A stretch of DNA of 16,970 nt from a virus (lineage: Duplodnaviria; Heunggongvirae; Uroviricota; Caudoviricetes): the IMG/VR virus record IMGVR_UViG_2925903241_000002. One strand, written 5' to 3'. The position numbers and the translations under genes are program-made. Shown in pieces: positions 8,047-16,970 of the stretch. Within the stretch, counting starts at the first letter, position 1. Every line of letters begins with the position of its first letter. The notes under the pieces are model-generated. The model had not been told where the DNA came from. It did not search any database and saw only the letters and a program-made list of their open reading frames with translations.

Positions 8047-8594
8047 CGGCCCGAGGCACGCCTGACCAGGCACTTACCAGTTTTCGGAATGCCCGTATTC
8101 TGTGGGCCGGACATAATGAGAGCCGAAAAGCCGTTGAACAACAGATAACATCTCTCCTCGCTGCCACAGAAAAACCAGCAGATTATGCCCGACAGCTCGA
8201 ATTACTGCGGGAACGTCTGGATGTGCTGAAATGGCAAATTAACTGTGCTGCGCGCGAATGCATTTACTCGCAGCATTTACTGATGGAGGCCTGCACAGAA
8301 GCCGCTCTCAGCAATTTTATGCAGGCGAATGGGGCAGCCCTGACATCTGCACTGGCTCCGTTCCTGAAGGGGCGCGGAGGGGTTGACGTTGCGTCCCGTA
8401 TATTACGCAGTGCTCTGGTTCGCCAGCTGGCAATAACACCGCCTGAAATTGCCGGGGATTATCGTGAGATCCTGGATGAATCCGGTTTGATGCCTGACCC
8501 CGGGATGATTCGTGATTGCCAGGGTTCTTACACCCCGGCACAACATCTGCGTTTTCAGCAACGCCTGAATGACATTAACGATATACAGGAGTGA
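8043..8594 (+). CDS. psu: Psu-like polarity suppression / capsid decoration protein
   Basis: 183 aa with an ATGA overlap to sid. The segments LKWQINCAARECIYSQHLL, FMQANGAALTSALAPFL and YTPAQHLRFQQRLN resemble recalled P4 Psu motifs. Confidence 0.7.
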   Translation: MTARGTPDQALTSFRNARILWAGHNESRKAVEQQITSLLAATEKPADYARQLELLRERLDVLKWQINCAARECIYSQHLLMEACTEAALSNFMQANGAALTSALAPFLKGRGGVDVASRILRSALVRQLAITPPEIAGDYREILDESGLMPDPGMIRDCQGSYTPAQHLRFQQRLNDINDIQE

Positions 8595-8599
8595 TATTA

Positions 8600-8872
8600 A
8601 TGGCACTTAAATGTCCGGAATGCGGTACAGTTGCACACGCCAGAACAGCAGCCTATGAAGCTCCGTCAGTTAAACGCTCGTGGTATCAGTGCCAGAATCT
8701 GGAATGTTCCTGCACATTTACGGCACTGGAGAGTGTGGATAAGATAATCATGAAACCCCGGCGCAATGAACAGCTATCAGACAAAGCACAATCCCCGGAA
8801 AAACAACAGAAAACGCTCAATCGCTATGGCTCCGCGTCAAAACTGTCAAGCCGTCAGCAGATTCCTGTCTGA
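8600..8872 (+). CDS. Ogr/Delta-family zinc-finger late transcription activator
   Basis: C-x2-C-x22-C-x4-C (CPECG ... CQNLECSC) at the N-terminus; GGAG 8 nt before the ATG at 8600. The in-frame GTG at 8591 is less likely. Confidence 0.85.
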   Translation: MALKCPECGTVAHARTAAYEAPSVKRSWYQCQNLECSCTFTALESVDKIIMKPRRNEQLSDKAQSPEKQQKTLNRYGSASKLSSRQQIPV

Positions 8873-8892
8873 TTAGAAAGAACGCCCACGTA

Positions 8893-8919
8893 ATCCCGGT
8901 CCAGTACCGGGATTTTTTA
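8893..8919 (+). terminator. rho-independent terminator of the sid-psu-ogr late operon
   Basis: Stem ATCCCGGT / ACCGGGAT (8 bp), loop CCAGT, followed by TTTTTT. Confidence 0.7.
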
Positions 8920-9244
8920 CCCCCTTTTCCTGGCTGACATGAGAGCGCATGAGTGCATGTCTATGGCGCATGAAAACGCATGAGTCTTATGCACCATTTT
9001 TGACGAGAAAACCCTTGTGTGCTGGCTTCTGAGACGATTAATGAGGTGCATGAAAACCAGTCTGTTAAGCGAAGCGGGCAGGCGTGCGGGGCTGCCCGCA
9101 CTAACGGTGATAATTGTGATGTTGCGATATCAAGAGAGATATAAGAATGCTGTATTCAATAAGGTATTGCTTTCAATTGTTAGATTTATTTTTGTTTAAA
9201 TGTCAATGGTTTAGGTGGTTGCTGGCAGCCAGTACGCTTACTTA

Positions 9245-9272
9245 TTGAAAATCTCGCATCTTTTGCTATCCT
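9245..9272 (+). promoter_or_regulatory. candidate sigma70 promoter for the retron ncRNA/operon
   Basis: TTGAAA at 9245-9250, 16-nt spacer, TATCCT at 9267-9272, directly upstream of the structured ncRNA region. Confidence 0.35.
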
Positions 9273-9274
9273 AA

Positions 9275-9450
9275 CCCTACCTTTACGCGCGGGATAACAG
9301 GTTTATCCTTGTCGGGCGTTTCGCCAGACACTAATTTATTGTGGACATTTAGGGTTGCGCTTTAGCACTTTCAGCAAGATCCTTCATGCCACTGCGTTCC
9401 ATTCAGGATCTTGCTGAAAGTCTAAAGCGCATCCTTTAGGTAAAGGGGTC
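9275..9450 (+). ncRNA. retron msr-msd-like non-coding RNA (ends approximate)
   Basis: Two short hairpins (GGATAA-CAGGT-TTATCC at 9292-9308; GGCG-TTT-CGCC at 9315-9325), then a long imperfect inverted repeat: GCGCTTTAGCACTTTCAGCAAGATCC at 9357-9382 pairing with GGATCTTGCTGAAAGTCTAAAGCGC at 9406-9430 (one mismatch, about 22-nt loop). CCTTTAC at 9279 and GTAAAGG at 9440 are candidate a1/a2. It sits immediately upstream of an effector-RT gene pair. Confidence 0.6.
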
Positions 9451-9499
9451 GAAGGTGGCTGGTTAGCCACCTTTTCTTTTGGAGTAGGGGGTCACAAGG

Positions 9500-10486
9500 G
9501 TGAGTGATTCTGCATATATGAATGCATTACAAGAGCAGTTTGGAGATTTGAAATATTCAAATTTCACTGTTCAGTTCATGCCTCCTATTATTTTTGTTTG
9601 TGGTGGGCCGATAAATTCCACTCCAATGAGTGTACGAGACCACATATTTACTTATGTAGCAGGCCACAAACCTGAATTGTCAGATTCTCTTATTTTAGCT
9701 GAGAACTTCCATGACTACTTCAGAGAGGGGGCATATTCAGATCTAATGAGCTTTGAAGATGATATTGCAAATATTTCAACATTAGTTGTTATCTGTTTAG
9801 AAAGTGCAGGTTCGTTAGTTGAGCTTGGATTATTTGTTAATAGGAAGTCTCTAGCTCAAAAATTGCATGTAGTCGCACCATTTGAGGAGATTGAGGGAAA
9901 TGAACGAAAAAATATTCCTGCTAGATCTTCTTTTATATATTTAGGCCCTTTGGAGTATCTTAAAAAAATAGATGAGGCCTCAGTATCAGTTTATCCATGG
10001 CCAAAATCGGATCGTATGAAATATGATGAGGTTGAGCTTATCTACCATGATATTCATTCTAGATTAAAACGTGTAAAAAAAACGGAGCGATATAACCCTG
10101 AAAATACTGGGCACCTAGCTATATTGATTTACGAAATAATCCTTTTATCAGAACCAATCAAGAAAAGCGAAATAGAGTGGGCACTATACTGTATGGATAT
10201 AGATGTGCCACAAAAAATAATAACTCGTTTACTTTATTTGCTTGAAAAGATGAAATTAACCTCATCATTATCTTACAGTGGTACAGACTACTTCTATTCC
10301 CGAGGGCATAGAGAGAGTAAACTTAAATTTGGTATCAGTGCTAGTGGTAAAATAAAGGATTCTATGAATATTAAGGTTGCAATCCGACAATCTTACTTAA
10401 GTATGGATGCTAAAGATATGGACGAGACTGCAAAAAAAAGGAAAAATGCTCTAAATCAAATCAATATCGTGCGTGGAGGGGCTTAG
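9500..10486 (+). CDS. retron effector candidate: nucleoside 2-deoxyribosyltransferase-like N-terminal domain with a possible winged-helix C-terminal domain
   Basis: 328 aa, AT-rich. PPIIFVCGGP and VVICLESAGSLVELGLF resemble the NDT/Rossmann-like fold with a conserved Glu. The start is uncertain: GTG at 9500 or ATG at 9518, neither with a strong SD. The stop lies 1 nt before the RT start. Confidence 0.65.
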   Translation: MSDSAYMNALQEQFGDLKYSNFTVQFMPPIIFVCGGPINSTPMSVRDHIFTYVAGHKPELSDSLILAENFHDYFREGAYSDLMSFEDDIANISTLVVICLESAGSLVELGLFVNRKSLAQKLHVVAPFEEIEGNERKNIPARSSFIYLGPLEYLKKIDEASVSVYPWPKSDRMKYDEVELIYHDIHSRLKRVKKTERYNPENTGHLAILIYEIILLSEPIKKSEIEWALYCMDIDVPQKIITRLLYLLEKMKLTSSLSYSGTDYFYSRGHRESKLKFGISASGKIKDSMNIKVAIRQSYLSMDAKDMDETAKKRKNALNQINIVRGGA

Positions 10487-10487
10487 A

Positions 10488-11420
10488 ATGGAGTTGCTAA
10501 GTTATATTTCAAAAGGTCTTTTTCTTAGCGAAGAAGAGGCTAAAAGGTATATTGTTACTATTCCACGCAGATATAAAATTTATCCTATCGCCAAAAGAAA
10601 TGGTAATGGATATAGATTAATTGCACAACCAGCTAGGCAAGTTAAAGCCTTACAGAAGGTAGTAATCAATCATATGTTGGCTAATTTGAAAGTTCATGAA
10701 AATGCTTTCGCTTATGAAGCCGATAAAAGTATTAGATCTAATGCGTTAATGCATTGTAATAATGATTATTTGCTTAAAATGGATTTTAAAAACTTTTTTA
10801 TGAGTATCAAACCCCATAATCTTTTATCTGTCTTAAAAGATTATGGCGTTGAACTAACTGATACTGATATCTTTGTTCTTAAAAATCTTTTCTTCTGGAA
10901 GTTAAGAAGAAATAGCCCGTTACGCCTAAGTGTTGGAGCACCTTCTTCTCCCATTATTTCAAATACAGTAATGTATTTCTTCGATGAGGAAATATCGAAA
11001 AGATGCAAGGATTTGGGTATTACCTACTCAAGGTATGCTGATGATCTTACGTTTAGCACCAAAGTCAAAGGAGCTTTATTTGATGTTCCTAAGTTAGTAA
11101 GGGAAGTTCTTAACGTAGTAAATCTTAGGAATATTAAAATAAACCATGAGAAAACAGTTTTTACCTCAAGGAAGTTTAATAGACATGTAACTGGTGTAAC
11201 TATTACGACTGATGGTTATTTGTCTTTAGGTCGTGATAGAAAGCGTCTTTTAAGAAGTAAAATACATTATTATGTGTGTGGGGTTTTATCTGAGAAAGAA
11301 ATTCTAACCCTTAAAGGAGAATTAGGCTATGCGAAATTTATTGAACATAAATTCTTTGCCTCCATGATTAAGAAATATGGGGATGATGTAATCAGCGAAA
11401 TTTCAAAATATGAAATTTAA
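10488..11420 (+). CDS. retron-type reverse transcriptase
   Basis: GGAGG 8 nt upstream of the ATG at 10488. RT motifs are present: IYPIAKRNGNGYRLIAQP (motifs 1-2), LKMDFKNFFMSI (3), SVGAPSSPIISN (4), YSRYADDLTFS (5, YADD). NRHVTGVTI carries the retron-characteristic VTG motif, and about 310 aa is typical retron RT size. Confidence 0.85.
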   Translation: MELLSYISKGLFLSEEEAKRYIVTIPRRYKIYPIAKRNGNGYRLIAQPARQVKALQKVVINHMLANLKVHENAFAYEADKSIRSNALMHCNNDYLLKMDFKNFFMSIKPHNLLSVLKDYGVELTDTDIFVLKNLFFWKLRRNSPLRLSVGAPSSPIISNTVMYFFDEEISKRCKDLGITYSRYADDLTFSTKVKGALFDVPKLVREVLNVVNLRNIKINHEKTVFTSRKFNRHVTGVTITTDGYLSLGRDRKRLLRSKIHYYVCGVLSEKEILTLKGELGYAKFIEHKFFASMIKKYGDDVISEISKYEI

Positions 11421-11690
11421 TAGCTTGTTGTCCTAATAAATCAGCATGACTTTATCTAGCTTGCGCAAGGTTGGTTCAGAGGTTTGGTTGTTCTGGTTAG
11501 GCTCTGTAAGACGGAACCTAACTAGGCAACTCTATCTTGCTAATTCATTTATTGTGCTAGTTAGCAACAATAAGATTTTGTTGGGGGCACAAAATGGGGC
11601 ACAAGTCATAAGCTATAAAATTTTTATCATCATGTTCAATGAGTTATATAGTTATTCTATTCCGGCCTTCGCACCATCGGAACATCAATA

Positions 11691-11713
11691 GACGTCAACG
11701 GACGTCTTTTTTT
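11691..11713 (+). terminator. rho-independent terminator closing the retron module
   Basis: GACGTC-AACG-GACGTC hairpin followed by TTTTTTT. Confidence 0.7.
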
Positions 11714-11874
11714 GTGCCTAAAATCCAGTATCCGCAAGGCTTTCCTCGCTTTTTCACTCAACCTAAGTCAACCTGATTCAATCTACATCAACTTACTGAT
11801 GCGGGTACAACTGCGGGTATTTCCCGGTTCGATAATGTTTGTACCCACACAGAACCCTTGAAAGGATACTCATC

Positions 11875-12976
11875 ATGGCTCTGAGTGATGTGAAGGTTCG
11901 TTCGGCTAAGCCTGAAGCAAAAGCCTATAAGCTGACCGACGGTGAAGGCATGGTTTTGCTGGTTCACCCTAACGGCTCCAAATACTGGCGGCTACGTTAT
12001 CGCTTTGGCGGTAAAGAGAAGATGCTGGCATTGGGGAAATACCCCGAAGTGTCGTTGGCGGATGCCAGGGCACGCCGGGATGAGGCTCGTAAGCTTTTAG
12101 CTAATGGTGTCGATCCCAGTGAAAACAAGAAAGCTGTTAAGGTAGAACAGGAACAAGAGGCGATAACGTTGAAGTAGTCGCCAGAGACTGGCACGCCAGC
12201 AATCAGAAGTGGTCGGCATCGCATAGCGCTCGTGTTTTGAAAAGTCTGGAGGATAATCTCTTTACTGCTATCGGTAAGCGGAACATTGCGGAACTGAAGA
12301 CGCGGGATCTTCTTGTACCCATTAAAGCAGTCGAGTCATCCGGGCGGCTCGAAGTTGCCGCCCGTTTACAGCAGCGTACTACCGCGATTATGCGCTTTGC
12401 CGTTCAGAGCGGCTTAATCGACTACAACCCCGCGCAAGAGATTGCAGGTGCGGTTGCTACGGCGAAAAGACAGCACCGTGCAGCTCTTGAACTGAACCGT
12501 ATACCTGAATTACTTCATCGCATAGATCACTATTCTGGCAGACCGTTAACTCGGCTGGCGGTTGAACTCACTTTATTGGTTTTCATCCGTTCGAGCGAGC
12601 TGCATTTTGCCCGCTGGTCAGAAGTAGATTTTGAAACGGCTATGTGGACAATCCCAGGTGAGCGTGAGCAACTGGAAGGAGTCAAGCATTCTCAGCGTGG
12701 CTCGAAGATGCGGACACCACACCTTGTGCCTTTGTCGCGGCAGGCCCTAAGTATTTTGGAAAAGATCAAAAGCATGAGCGGAAATTGAGAGCTGATTTTT
12801 GTGGGCGATCACGATCCACGTAAGCCGATGAGTGAGAATACGGTGAACAAGGCTTTGCGCGTAATGGGGTATGACACGAAGGTCGAGGTTTGTGGGCATG
12901 GCTTCAGGACGATGGCTTGTAGTTCGTTGATTGAGTCGGGATTATGGTCGAGGGATGCGGTAGAGCGGCAGATGAG
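11875..12976 (+). pseudogene. second P4-type integrase, inactivated by a frameshift, a nonsense codon and 3' truncation by the IS element
   Basis: AAGGA RBS and ATG at 11875. The translation parallels the first integrase across three frames: a frame break near 12160-12177, an in-frame TGA at 12786-12788 where the first integrase has Gly, and an end at the IS inverted repeat at 12977. Confidence 0.8.
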
Positions 12977-13018
12977 TGAACCGCCCCGGGTTTCCTGGAG
13001 AGTGTTTTATCTGTGAAC

Positions 13019-15761
<2,743 letters not shown>

Positions 15762-16175
15762 CGTAAGTAAAATCAGCCACCCACAGCTGGTCAGGTCGTT
15801 CTGCCACGAACTGACGGTTTACGCGGTCGCCTGCGGCAACGGCTTTCCGGCTGATGGTCGTACGGACCTTTTTACCCCGGAGAACACCGGCAAGTCCCAT
15901 AACCGCCATGAGACGTGCCACAGTGCATCTGGCCACTCTGATACCTTCCCGTAACAACTGACGCCAGACTTTACGCACACCGTATACCTTGTGATTTTCA
16001 TCGTATACGCGCTGTATCTCTTTCTTCAGCCAGTCATCGCGCTGCGCACGGGCACTGCGTTTATCCGGATGATGTCGCTGTTGCTGACAGTGGTAATACG
16101 TTGACGGGGCAATATGCAGTTCGCTGCATAGCGGTCCGACCCCGTACTGCTCACGCAGCTTATCCAGCAGTGGCA

Positions 16176-16179
<4 letters not shown>
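15762..16179 (-). pseudogene. IS3-family transposase OrfB, 5' exon (interrupted by the group II intron after ...LWVADFTY)
   Basis: The reading frame runs into intron sequence (GVPGVQ ...) at 15761; the intron begins GTGTG on the minus strand. Confidence 0.8.

Positions 16180-16970
<791 letters not shown>

Noticed and set aside
9017-9199. 60-aa ORF in the intergenic region between ogr and the retron
   Set aside because: No RBS, and it spans the GC-rich palindrome and the AT-rich promoter region; it is more likely non-coding.
11446-11691. 81-aa ORF after the RT, ending at the terminator
   Set aside because: No SD and an odd composition. It is retained only as a note in the findings, not called as a gene.
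11813-11850. tRNA-like T-loop (CCCGGTTCGATAA) upstream of the second integrase
   Set aside because: No acceptor stem or CCA end, and no cloverleaf can be drawn. It may be a degenerate att remnant, but it is not a tRNA gene.

Overview
This window is a mosaic of mobile DNA. Positions 1-9100 form the backbone of a P4-like phage satellite: a P4-type tyrosine integrase, an AT-rich orphan cargo gene, an AlpA-family regulator, a convergent ribbon-helix-helix-like gene, a translationally coupled operon of small GC-rich ORFs, an alpha-type zinc-finger/Toprim/P-loop primase-helicase, a cluster of TGTTCCACC iterons, and a late operon encoding Sid-like, Psu-like and Ogr/Delta-like proteins. Downstream of that late operon (about 9240-11710) sits an AT-rich three-part retron: an msr-msd-like ncRNA with a ~25-bp inverted repeat, an effector with a nucleoside-deoxyribosyltransferase-like N-terminus, and a compact retron-type reverse transcriptase. 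This is the most interesting system here; the layout resembles what I recall of the described Ec73-type retron of a P4-like retronphage, so novelty cannot be asserted without alignment. The rest of the window holds a second, decayed P4-type integrase, an IS629-like IS3-family element split by a 2270-nt group II intron with its own RT/maturase, and the 3' fragment of an IS21-family istB. All calls rest on reading the sequence and the ORF translations; no database search was run.
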